Below, one piece after another: positions 36,012-44,963 of a stretch of DNA of 64,000 nucleotides (positions are counted from its first letter, which is position 1; every line of letters starts with the position of its first letter). Position numbers and translations under genes: made by a program. Below the pieces are notes generated by a model. It did not search any database, had not been told where the DNA came from, and saw only the letters and a list, made by a program, of their open reading frames with translations. Origin of the DNA: Candidatus Multivoradales bacterium (GTDB lineage Bacteria; Acidobacteriota; Thermoanaerobaculia; Multivoradales; J023); contig CBDFLE010000005.1 in NCBI GenBank assembly GCA_965248925.1, forward strand, positions 2,144,001 to 2,208,000, written 5' to 3'.

Positions 36012-36809
36012 ATGAAGACCGAGACCGACTTGCACGCTCCACTGCGCCCCCTAACCGCGCTGTTGATCGGCGCACTGACCCTAGCGCTCACCCTGCCGAC
36101 CTCGTTGCCAGCGCAAATACCCGACACCTTCGAGAATCTTCAGGTGTTGCCCAAGGACCTTGACAAGCGCGCCCTGGTCGACACCATGCGTGGTTTCGCC
36201 ATCGCTCTCGGTGTGCGCTGCTCCCACTGCCATGTCGGGCCAGAGAACGGAGGCTTGGCAGACATGGAATTCGCCGCCGACGACAAGCCGACGAAGAACA
36301 CCGCCCGGCTGATGATGGGTATGGTGCGAGCCATCAACGAGCAGCATCTGGCCGAGCTGAAGGGCGGCGACAAGCGTCTGGAGGTCAGTTGCCAGACCTG
36401 TCACCGAGGGATCGACAAGCCCCGCTCTCTCCTTGACCTGCTGAGTGCGACCGCCACCGACGACGGTATTGAAGCGGCGATCGCGAAATATAGCGAGCTG
36501 CGCGAGAAGCACTTCGGCAGCGACGCCTACGACTTCGGTGAATTCGTGCTGCTGCAGGTCGCCGAGAAGCTGTTCCGCGGTGGCCAGGCCACGGCGGCCC
36601 GGCAAATGCTCGACCTCAACGCCGAGCACTTTCCGAAGTCCTCGGTCACCGAGTTCTCCTACGGTCGCCTCGACGCCGAGACCGGCCACCCCGAAACGGC
36701 CAAGAAACACCTGCGACGGGCTCTCGAGTACGACCCCAAGAACCGCGCCGCCAGCCGCTTGCTCGGCAAGCTCGAAGCGCCCACCGAGGGCATCCCCAAG
36801 GACGGCTGA
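36012..36809 (+). CDS. Dihaem c-type cytochrome (reaction-centre cytochrome c-like) with C-terminal TPR
   Basis: Signal peptide; NLQVLPKD, CSHCH and CQTCH haem motifs; TPR-like tail. Confidence 0.88.
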   Translation: MKTETDLHAPLRPLTALLIGALTLALTLPTSLPAQIPDTFENLQVLPKDLDKRALVDTMRGFAIALGVRCSHCHVGPENGGLADMEFAADDKPTKNTARLMMGMVRAINEQHLAELKGGDKRLEVSCQTCHRGIDKPRSLLDLLSATATDDGIEAAIAKYSELREKHFGSDAYDFGEFVLLQVAEKLFRGGQATAARQMLDLNAEHFPKSSVTEFSYGRLDAETGHPETAKKHLRRALEYDPKNRAASRLLGKLEAPTEGIPKDG

Positions 36810-36851
36810 CGGTCCTGCCAGGCAGGGCGATCAACCGTCCCACCGAACTCT

Positions 36852-37361
36852 CTACCGCAACAGCTCGCCGGCCCTGCGCATGTAGTCGAAGACCCCCCGG
36901 ATCGACCACCATGCCGTGGCGCTGGGCATCGAGCGTCTCAAGCTGTTCCGGGGTGTAGTACTTCTCATACATCAGGATGTCCTCGATGGTCTGTAGGAAT
37001 TGTTCAATAGAGACCTCCGCAGCCGCGCCGAGGTACTCGGCGAGCTTCTCCAGCCGAGTGGTCAATCGACGGGTGACCTCGAGCTGCTCGCGCAGTCGCC
37101 CAAGGTGCAGCTCGATGACTTTGGCTGGCGAGAAGGGGGGTGCTCGAACCAGCAACGGATCTCGTCGAGCGGCAGGTCGAGCTGGCGCAGCGACAGGATC
37201 TGCTGCAACCGCGCCACCTCCTCGACACCGTAGATCCGGTGGCCTGAGGTGGCTTGCCGCGGTGGATCGAGCAGGCCGATCTCTTCGTAGTAATGCAGCG
37301 TGCGGATCGAGATACCGGTCCGCCGAGCGAGCTCGCCGACTTTCATCGCCTCGCTGGCCAT
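36852..37361 (-). pseudogene. MerR-family (TipA/Mta-like) regulator with two frameshifts and most of TipAS deleted
   Basis: KVGELARRTGISIRTLHYYEEIGLL HTH; frameshifts at G6 37135-37140 and C6 36893-36898; EKYYTPEQL is followed almost directly by the C-terminal HGM..DP.VFDYM. Confidence 0.85.
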
Positions 37362-37410
37362 AGGTCTTCCTCCTTCACGGTGCGGCGGCGATCCGGCCGC
37401 CACCAAGAAC

Positions 37411-37441
37411 ATGGTAGGGCCTCACGCAAGGTCAGGTTCAA
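37411..37441 (-). promoter_or_regulatory. MerR-type promoter with 19-bp spacer and operator dyad
   Basis: TTGAAC-ctgaccttgcgtgaggccc (19 bp)-TACCAT, with imperfect dyad CCTGAC...GTGAGG. Confidence 0.75.
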
Positions 37442-37641
37442 TACCTTTTTTCACCTCTTTCCCAGCAGAGGTCGCCCACCCCCGCGCGATAGCTCTGCCC
37501 TGGAAGGCGAACCAGCGAGGAATACCTGGCTATGTGGCTGGCCGGCTCCTCCGGCCAAGATCATCTCTATCAGACCTGAACTTTCAGAGTCACGGATGTA
37601 GCAACTCCGCCCGTCCAACGCCTAAAGCTGTGGCACCTCGC

Positions 37642-38559
37642 TCAAGCGGTTCGCCGGGCGGCGCCGGGACCGTGGCCGAAGTAGCGTTTGTAGGCCTTGG
37701 CGAAGGCGAACTCGGAGCGGTAGCCAACCCGCTGAGCGACTTGCGCGGTGCTCAGAAAGTCGTCACGCAAGTGCTGCCGGGCGGCGAGCATGCGCCAACG
37801 GGTCAGGTAACGCATCGGGCTCTCGGCGAGCAAGCCGCGGAAGCGTTCGGCGAAAGACGAGCGAGACAGGCCGGCGATCTGCGCCAGCTCTGGCAGCGAC
37901 CACTCCCTGGCAGGATCGTCGTGCAACTTCGACAGCACCCGACCGATCGCCGGATCGTCGACCGCGGCAAGAAAGCCGCCAGGCTGCTGATGCCGATCGA
38001 GGAAGAGGCGCAAGGTCTGCATCAACAGGGCTTCGGCGAGCCGATCGACGACCGCCGAGGCCCCCCGCTGGCGGCCAGCCGTCTCAGCCGCAGCGAGCCG
38101 TGAGGCGGTGGCCAACCAGGCCGCTTGCTCACTCTCGCCGGAGGAGATCTGGATCACTTCGGGCAGGGTCTCAAAGAACGGGTGCAGGGCCTTCTGATCG
38201 TACTCGAAATGGCCGCAAACCAGGGTAGTGGCGGCCCCTTCGGTCTCGACCGGGGAAGCCGTGGCGCCAGCGCGGATCGCCGCCAACACCTCCTCGGCCG
38301 GCCGAGCCTCACCATCGAGAGCGTGCAGCAGCTGGTGGGCGGCACCGTGGGCAAGTAACACGATGTCGCCTTGTTGGAGCTTGCTGGCCTCACTGTCGGC
38401 CAGCCGCAGCCAACACTCACCGGCCACCACCACATGAAAGATGGCGACATCCCGCGACGGTACGGCCATGCCCCAGGGGGCGTGGAAGGCCGCTTCGAAG
38501 TAGACCGTGCCGCTCAGCCGTAGAGCTTCCAGGGTCTTCGCCAGGACGTCGGTCGCCAT
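37642..38559 (-). CDS. AraC-family regulator with Cupin_6 domain
   Basis: DVLA..L..LRL.G, PWG, FHVV..GEC, LVCGHF; C-terminal double HTH (VGYRSEFAFAKAYKR). Confidence 0.93.
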   Translation of the reverse strand: MATDVLAKTLEALRLSGTVYFEAAFHAPWGMAVPSRDVAIFHVVVAGECWLRLADSEASKLQQGDIVLLAHGAAHQLLHALDGEARPAEEVLAAIRAGATASPVETEGAATTLVCGHFEYDQKALHPFFETLPEVIQISSGESEQAAWLATASRLAAAETAGRQRGASAVVDRLAEALLMQTLRLFLDRHQQPGGFLAAVDDPAIGRVLSKLHDDPAREWSLPELAQIAGLSRSSFAERFRGLLAESPMRYLTRWRMLAARQHLRDDFLSTAQVAQRVGYRSEFAFAKAYKRYFGHGPGAARRTA

Positions 38560-38566
38560 GGTACTT

Positions 38567-39040
38567 CTATAAGGTCTTCCAGCCCGCGACAGCTTGCTCG
38601 TAGAGGCTGCGCTCGTTCTGGTTCCACATCACCTTGGTGTTGACCTTCTGGCCCTCGTAGAGATCGTTGAAGAAGAGCAGCAGCTCACCATTATAGATCT
38701 TGAAGGTCTCCGGATTGGCAGGCACCCGCGCTTTCTTGGCGGCAACGCCGAAAGCGCAGTAGCCGCCGAACTTCGGCACGAACGCCTCGGGATTGGCTTG
38801 AAAGGCGGTCAGATTCTCCTGGCTGTCAAAGCGGAACCCGGCACCCTCATAGGTGGTGCTGAAGCGGGCTCGACCACGGACCGCACGGTCCTGCTGATGG
38901 TACGCGACCACATCGTAGCCGTCCAAGACCAGGTTGTCACTATTGGTGTTCCACGCCCCTTCGGCCATCACCAGGGCGGGCAGCCCAAGGCAGAAGATCA
39001 GACCGATCAGCCACTTTCTTGAATCTCGCAAGCTCATCAT
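38567..39040 (-). CDS. Secreted YHS-domain protein
   Basis: Signal peptide; GYDVVAY, F.ANPEAFVPKFGGYCAFG motifs. Confidence 0.88.
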   Translation of the reverse strand: MMSLRDSRKWLIGLIFCLGLPALVMAEGAWNTNSDNLVLDGYDVVAYHQQDRAVRGRARFSTTYEGAGFRFDSQENLTAFQANPEAFVPKFGGYCAFGVAAKKARVPANPETFKIYNGELLLFFNDLYEGQKVNTKVMWNQNERSLYEQAVAGWKTL

Positions 39041-39184
39041 CACGCTTCTCCTATGGTATTCGCAGGATCGCTCAACTCTGTGTTGCTTATCACCGAGCTA
39101 ATTCGTCACCGTGCCAGGTTAGAGCCCATCACTGAACAAAGCCATGCTCAAACGTCCGCAAGATCTGTCCATTCGGCTGCGCGG

Positions 39185-39277
39185 CTAGCGCCGGCAAAGC
39201 TATCGAGGACCTCCTGCCGGTCCTGCTGCACTTGCTGCATGCGGTCCTCGCCCACCACCTCGTGCTGGGTATTCGAG
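39185..39277 (-). pseudogene. Displaced TipAS-like fragment
   Basis: QHEVVGEDRMQQVQQDRQEVLDSFAGA resembles the segment missing from the MerR gene 2 kb away. Confidence 0.55.
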
Positions 39278-39404
39278 CCGAGAGCGCGCAACCTTCTTCA
39301 ACCTATGCCGCGGGAGCGAATCACGTGCTATCCCACTGCCCTACCGCCAAATTCTCGGTACAAAGAGGAACGGCCCGAAAGGCGGAGTCCTTTGGTAGCC
39401 TCTG

Positions 39405-39486
39405 CTGAGCAAATCAGTGGCTCCGGGCTGCCTGCGCAAAGTCTCAGGTCCTGTCTTGTTCTGCCCGCTGCCAGGATGCCCTACGG
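39405..39486 (+). ncRNA. Possible degenerate c-di-GMP-I (GEMM)-like riboswitch
   Basis: AGCAAATCAG...CTG...GCGCAAAGTCTCAGGTCCTG...CAGGATG...CTAC in the M28 5' UTR; the GNRA loop and 3' pairing are imperfect. Confidence 0.25.
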
Positions 39487-39502
39487 CGAAGGTCTGTCAA
39501 CA

Positions 39503-41887
39503 ATGAAGAAGTCCACCCTCGGTCTCGTTCTGATCCTATTGGCCGTGCTATCCGTACTGGCCAGCTTCAGCACCCTCTCCCCGCCGACCGCCGTCGACGA
39601 CCAAGCCGCCGCGGATCGTTTCTCCGCCGCCCGTGCCTGGCTTCATCTGCAGCGCATCGCACGGCAACCCCATCCGATGGGCACCCCTGAGCACGCCGCG
39701 GTCAGGGCCTATCTGAGCGACACACTGAGCGCTCTCGGGGTTGAGCCGGAGATTCAGACCGCCGCCGTGGCAGGCTTCAGCTGGCCACCTTGGGAGGTCG
39801 CCGGCACCGTCCACAACGTCATCGCCAGATTGCCGGGCAGCTCTTCGACCGGCACCGTACTGCTGCTGGCGCACTACGACAGCGTGCCGAGCAGTCCCGG
39901 CGCCGGTGACGATGGCGCGGCGGTGGCAGCGCTGCTCGAGACCCTGCGTGCACTCCAGTCAGGGCCGCAGCTGCGCAACGACATCCTCTTCTTGTTCACC
40001 GATGGCGAGGAGGTCGCCCTGCTGGGCGCCAAAGCCTTCGTCGAGCAGCACCGCTGGGCCGAGCAGCTCGACGTGGTGCTGAACTTCGAGGCCCGTGGCA
40101 CCGAGGGACCAGCGTTGATGTTCCAAACCAACGCCCCCAATCGACGAATGATCGAGGTCTTGGCCCGCTCCACCCCCCACCCGGTAGGGACTTCGCTCAG
40201 TGGCGAGATCTATCGGCGGATGCCGAACAACACCGACCTGACCGTCTTCAAGCCCCTCGGGGTGCTGGCGATGGACTTCGCTTTCATCCACGGTGAGTCG
40301 ACCTACCACACCGGTCAGGACGAGCTGGCACGACTCGATCGGCGGAGCCTGCAACACCATGGAGACAACGCCCTCGGCCTGGCCCGAGAACTCGGCAGTC
40401 TCGACCTCAGCACCGAGCTCTCCTCGACCCACAGCTCGATCTACTTCAACCTCAGCGGCCTCGGCTTGGTGACCTATCCGACCACCTGGGCGTTGCCGCT
40501 GCTGGCTCTCGCCTCGGTCGCCTTGGTGGTTCTGCTGGTGCTCGGCAGCAGGCGCCGACTATCACTGCTGGGGATGGTCAGCGCTAGCCTCTTTCACTTG
40601 CTCGGCACCCTGCTGGTCACCGTGCTGATGTACTTCCTCGGCCAGTGGCTGATCGGCTGGGGCTACGTCTTCTCCATCTGGGGGGGTTGGAGCAGCTTGA
40701 CCCTCTACCTCCTCGGGCTGGGACTGTCGACCCTCGCCCTGGCGCTGCTCTTTCACCGCTGGCGGGTCAAGCGCCAGGATGCTGACCACCTGATCGCCGG
40801 CGGCTTGTTGATCTGGTGGCTATTCGCGGTGTTCGCCACTCTGCTGGTACCCGGCGCGAGCTACCTCTTCACCCTGCCACTGATGCTCGCCTTGCTGGCC
40901 GCATGGCCCTGGTTGACCGGCGAATCGCAGCTCGACAGAGAGCGGGATGAGGTGTTGGTAGGCTGGCCACGGGTGGCTACCCTGGCCCTGGCGACGCTGC
41001 TGGTCTGCCAGCTATGGCCGCCGATCCTGTCGCTGGTCGGCCTTGCTCTGGGCAGCATCGGCGCGGCGGTCGCCGGACTGGTTTTGTTCCTGGTCCTCAA
41101 CACCCTCTTGGCACCCCAACTGGAGCTGGCCCGGCTGTCGCGCCTCGGCCGAACGCTGCCAGCGCTGCTGCTCGCTACCGGCTTGCTGCTGATCATCGCC
41201 ACTCGCATCTCGGCTCACCATGGGGCCGACAACAGGGGCTTCAGCGGCTTGATCTTGGTGCATGATGTCGATGCCGGCGAGGCCTTCTGGGCGACCCCTG
41301 ATCGCCAGCCGGACAGCTGGGCACGCCAGCTACTCGGCGACACCGCGCTGCAGCAGCAGGCACCGGCCTACCTGGCTTTCTCCCGTCGACCGATGCTCTG
41401 GCGGATAGCGGCCGAGGTGCCACCGGTGGCCGCCGCCGAGGTCGAGCTGCTGTCGCGACAGCCCGGCGATGGCGGCGATCGGCTGGAAATCCTCATCCGC
41501 TGGCCAGCAGCGGTCCATCAAGCTACCGTGCTGCTGCGCTCGGCAGGTGAGATCGCTTTCGTCTCCGTCGAGGGCCAGGAGCTGCGCGCCGGCCTCGACT
41601 TTGGCGACGGTGGGCAAGCCGCCCGCCGCGCACTGCGTTACTACGCGCCGCCAGCCGCGGGTATCCACCTAGTCGTCAAGGCCGATCCCGCAACCCCGCT
41701 GGTGGTCGAGACCGTCGGTCAGCTCTACCAGCTGCCGCCGCTCAACGGCGCGGTGCCGCGACTCCCCGACGACACCATGCCACGCCGCGGCTGGACCTAC
41801 GGCTCGACCTACCACCGCAGCCAGGTGGTCATCAACGCTGACACCGAGGTTGCCGCCGCGCCAGCAGCAGCAGAATCGCCGTCTTGA
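39503..41887 (+). CDS. Membrane-bound M28-family metallopeptidase
   Basis: AHYDSV, GAGDDG, DGEE, NFEARG, TD, YHT zinc ligands, followed by multiple TM helices; start at MKKSTLG. Confidence 0.92.
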   Translation: MKKSTLGLVLILLAVLSVLASFSTLSPPTAVDDQAAADRFSAARAWLHLQRIARQPHPMGTPEHAAVRAYLSDTLSALGVEPEIQTAAVAGFSWPPWEVAGTVHNVIARLPGSSSTGTVLLLAHYDSVPSSPGAGDDGAAVAALLETLRALQSGPQLRNDILFLFTDGEEVALLGAKAFVEQHRWAEQLDVVLNFEARGTEGPALMFQTNAPNRRMIEVLARSTPHPVGTSLSGEIYRRMPNNTDLTVFKPLGVLAMDFAFIHGESTYHTGQDELARLDRRSLQHHGDNALGLARELGSLDLSTELSSTHSSIYFNLSGLGLVTYPTTWALPLLALASVALVVLLVLGSRRRLSLLGMVSASLFHLLGTLLVTVLMYFLGQWLIGWGYVFSIWGGWSSLTLYLLGLGLSTLALALLFHRWRVKRQDADHLIAGGLLIWWLFAVFATLLVPGASYLFTLPLMLALLAAWPWLTGESQLDRERDEVLVGWPRVATLALATLLVCQLWPPILSLVGLALGSIGAAVAGLVLFLVLNTLLAPQLELARLSRLGRTLPALLLATGLLLIIATRISAHHGADNRGFSGLILVHDVDAGEAFWATPDRQPDSWARQLLGDTALQQQAPAYLAFSRRPMLWRIAAEVPPVAAAEVELLSRQPGDGGDRLEILIRWPAAVHQATVLLRSAGEIAFVSVEGQELRAGLDFGDGGQAARRALRYYAPPAAGIHLVVKADPATPLVVETVGQLYQLPPLNGAVPRLPDDTMPRRGWTYGSTYHRSQVVINADTEVAAAPAAAESPS

Positions 41888-42101
41888 CTTGGGTCCGCCA
41901 GGCCCATTTTAGGGTCAGGCGTTGGCAGCCGGCCAGCAGCGAGAAGACCACCAGCGGGTCGAGCTCGGCAGAACTCTCCCACACCAGGTCGCCGTTGCCA
42001 TCGCGGGCCGGGTAGAGCGGCAAGATGATGAGATCGGCCTGCGGATCGAGAGGGCCGCAGGAGGGCGGGCTCGGGTCAAGGCTGTCATTCGGCAGCACTT
42101 G

Positions 42102-43802
42102 CTACTCGGCGCCAGTACCTATCAACTGGTATTCACCCTGCTCGAGCACTGGCCCGTCGTAGGCGATCTTTCCGTCAGCCAACTTGATCAAGCGATCGGC
42201 AACGCCGTAGTACTGATCGTCGTGGCTCACCACCAGCACGGTCTTGCCGTCCGCTCGCAAAGCTGGCAACAACTCGTGATAGAAGATGCGCTTAAAATAC
42301 GGATCCTGGTCCGCCGCCCACTCGTCGAAAACATAGATCTGCCGATCTTCCAAGAAAGCCGTCATCAGAGCCAGGCGTTTGCGCTGACCTTGGGACAGCT
42401 CAATAGTCGATAACTTGCCGCCATCCACCTCGACTTTATGATCCAGTTTGAGCTCTTCCAAGAAGTGCCGGGCGCGCGAGTCGACGTTGGCAGAGTCGAT
42501 ACCCAAGAGCTCCTCGAACAGGTAGAAGTCCGAAAAGACGGCGGTAAAAAGCTGCCGATAGCTATCGCGAGTCTGATCCGAGACGACCTCCTGGTCGAGG
42601 AGTATCCGCCCCTTCTCTGGCACGTAGAGCCCAAGAATCAGCTTGACGAAGGTGGTTTTTCCGGTGCCATTGCCGCCGACGATAAAGACTAGCTCGCCAC
42701 GACGAAAAGTCAGATCGATAGGACCCAGATCAAAACCATCTGCCTCGGTCTCCTGATAGTACGTATGTTGCACACCTTCCAAGGTGATCTCGCTCCAATC
42801 GAGATTGCCATTGGTTCCGCTCAGCGCCAGTCCTTCCTCTTCCGCTGATGCCAGCTCTAGTCCCAAGTTCTCGATCTTCTGTACCGCGACCCGGGCACGG
42901 GCCAAGCCCGGAATGATGTTCAGCAAAATCTCTAGTGGGCCCATCAGATGGAGAATCACCAAGACATAGCCGGTCAGAGCCTCACGACTGACCGGGAAGT
43001 AGCGCGGATAGACCAGGATGACACCACCAATGAGGACATAGAACAGAATTTGTCCCCAACTCTGGGCGGCGGTGGTGATCAGCCCGCCACGGTAGGACGC
43101 AGCCTGCTGAAGGGTAGCTGAGGCACGCAGGTGATCTTCGAAAAAGACTGCTCTGCGCTGACTGTGCAGCTTGAGTTCCTTGGCGCCACCGGTGAGCCCT
43201 TGCAGAGCCTTGAACAGAGCGTCCCAATGCTCGCGCGACACCCGCATATGTCCGATCGCCCGAGTCAGCGGAATCTGGTAGGTCACCAGGCCAACACCCA
43301 TCGCCAGCAAGACCACCAGCAGCAAGGGCCAGGAGAGCCAGCCTAGATAGACCAAGCAGCCCACCAGCACCGCGCCATGCATGCAGAGCAAGGGAACGGT
43401 GGAGAGGGCCGCCGAAAGGGATCCGACGTCGTCGGTCAAGGTGGCCAACAAGCGGTGAGGCCCGAGTTGCTCGAGGGTCCGTAGGGGCGAGCCGAGAATC
43501 TTCTTGGCCAGCTGCATTCGAACCTCCAACACCGTCGTCAGCGACAACTTCATCAGCAGCACACTGGAGATGAATCGCGCCACCGGCAATACGACACAGA
43601 GCACCACGAAACCCCACAGGACCCGCGGATCGGTCACTTCGTTGACAGTGCTGAGGGTACGGTTCATCAGCGCTACCAAGCCGACGCTGGCCAAACCGCT
43701 ACCTGCTCCTGCCAGACCGATCATCAGTATCCGCAGACGAGACAAACTGATTTCGCGGGTAAACCGCAGCAGGAAAGAGATGACTTGAGAGATGTCTTTC
43801 AT
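42102..43802 (-). CDS. Cyclic-peptide export ABC transporter (SyrD/PvdE/YojI family)
   Basis: TM domain plus ABC domain: GGNGTGKTT, LSQGQRKRLAL, FDEWAADQDP. Confidence 0.95.
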   Translation of the reverse strand: MKDISQVISFLLRFTREISLSRLRILMIGLAGAGSGLASVGLVALMNRTLSTVNEVTDPRVLWGFVVLCVVLPVARFISSVLLMKLSLTTVLEVRMQLAKKILGSPLRTLEQLGPHRLLATLTDDVGSLSAALSTVPLLCMHGAVLVGCLVYLGWLSWPLLLVVLLAMGVGLVTYQIPLTRAIGHMRVSREHWDALFKALQGLTGGAKELKLHSQRRAVFFEDHLRASATLQQAASYRGGLITTAAQSWGQILFYVLIGGVILVYPRYFPVSREALTGYVLVILHLMGPLEILLNIIPGLARARVAVQKIENLGLELASAEEEGLALSGTNGNLDWSEITLEGVQHTYYQETEADGFDLGPIDLTFRRGELVFIVGGNGTGKTTFVKLILGLYVPEKGRILLDQEVVSDQTRDSYRQLFTAVFSDFYLFEELLGIDSANVDSRARHFLEELKLDHKVEVDGGKLSTIELSQGQRKRLALMTAFLEDRQIYVFDEWAADQDPYFKRIFYHELLPALRADGKTVLVVSHDDQYYGVADRLIKLADGKIAYDGPVLEQGEYQLIGTGAE

Positions 43803-43870
43803 GAATATCCGCTAGAGTGCAAAATCAGAGTGGGAAGAATGCCGCTCTACCAGCAATTCCAATCCAAGTC

Positions 43871-44914
43871 TCAGTTGACCGGTTCAAGGGTGTGAGGCTG
43901 GCCCATCGCGACGATGATCTTACGTGGCCCAGCGAACGCCTCGCGGCCGTGAGAGACCAGGAAGTTGTCGACCAGCAACAAGTCGCTTTGCTGCCAATCG
44001 AAGCGCACTGCCTGACGCTCATAGAGATCCCGCACCTCCCCCATCGCCAGCGAGTCGATCGGCGAGCCGTCACCGAAGAAGGCGTTCCTCGGCAGCTCAT
44101 CTTGGTCGAATTCCTCGAGCAACGCCGCACGCACCCGCGGCTCGAGATTCGATTGGTGAAAGAGGTGCGCGTGATTGAACCACACTCGTTCACCAGTTTG
44201 CGGATGATCGGCCACAACGTGTCGGACCACCCGGGTCCGCAGACGATTCTTACCGCGCCATTCGACTTCCATCCCAGCACTTTTACAAAAGGCTTCGGCA
44301 ACCTCCCGCTCGGTAGTCTGGAACGCTTCTTGCCATGAGATATCAACCCCCTCGCCGTAGTTCCGGACATACATCACTTTCTTGCGCAGAAACTCCTGCC
44401 GCAAGTCTTTGTCAATCAAGCCAAAAATCTTGCGGTCCTCGACCACCGGCGTACGCCCGGCCCGAGTTGGCGGCTGCTGGCAGTAGAACATCAGGCGAGT
44501 CGGACAGGTCTGGGCATAGGACATCTCGTGGTGAAGGGGGATGATCTGACTGGCCGGGAACTCGGTCGAAGTATAGACCCCCTTGGCGACCGACAACCGG
44601 GGCGCTGCACGGTCCTGGTAGTCCAGGAGCTTGGGAACAAAAACCTCCGACACGGCGCGAAATGGCTCCACCCCATCCACTCCAAAGCCCCGAAACAGGA
44701 CCGCCCCCGCGGCGAGCAACTGCTCTTCGATCAGAGCCAAGTTACCGGCTGCCCAATCCCGCAGGTCAACACTGCCTTCGGCCGGCTTCGCCACTCTCAC
44801 AAAGCCGGTTTCCGGCGAGCTTCCGAAACTGACCGCCGCGGCCGAAGACAGGCGAACTGATTTCCGCTGCCGCCGACCCGGTAGGGAGGATGACCGACGA
44901 TTCATCTTCTTCAT
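43871..44914 (-). CDS. SyrP-like TauD/TfdA Fe(II)/2-oxoglutarate dioxygenase
   Basis: GAVLFRGF, YTSTE, LHHE, WFNHAHLFH, DNFLVSHGR. Confidence 0.92.
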   Translation of the reverse strand: MKKMNRRSSSLPGRRQRKSVRLSSAAAVSFGSSPETGFVRVAKPAEGSVDLRDWAAGNLALIEEQLLAAGAVLFRGFGVDGVEPFRAVSEVFVPKLLDYQDRAAPRLSVAKGVYTSTEFPASQIIPLHHEMSYAQTCPTRLMFYCQQPPTRAGRTPVVEDRKIFGLIDKDLRQEFLRKKVMYVRNYGEGVDISWQEAFQTTEREVAEAFCKSAGMEVEWRGKNRLRTRVVRHVVADHPQTGERVWFNHAHLFHQSNLEPRVRAALLEEFDQDELPRNAFFGDGSPIDSLAMGEVRDLYERQAVRFDWQQSDLLLVDNFLVSHGREAFAGPRKIIVAMGQPHTLEPVN

Positions 44915-44963
44915 GATCTCAAAGGCCCCTCGGGCCACGATCCGAACCGCAAACGGATCGCTC

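Noticed and set aside
36012-36809. Evidence for phototrophy from a reaction-centre-like cytochrome
   Set aside because: Only two haem motifs plus TPR; no puf/bch genes nearby.
38567-39040. YHS protein as a selenoprotein
   Set aside because: The motif has ordinary Cys (GGYCAFG) and there is no in-frame TGA.
39053-39502. 150-aa N-terminal extension of the M28 ORF
   Set aside because: The signal/TM segment starts at ATG 39503; the extension overlaps the YHS promoter region and the TipAS relic.
41832-42098. 88-aa ORF right after the SyrD exporter
   Set aside because: No recognisable motif or RBS and it overlaps the M28 end; cannot be supported as a gene.
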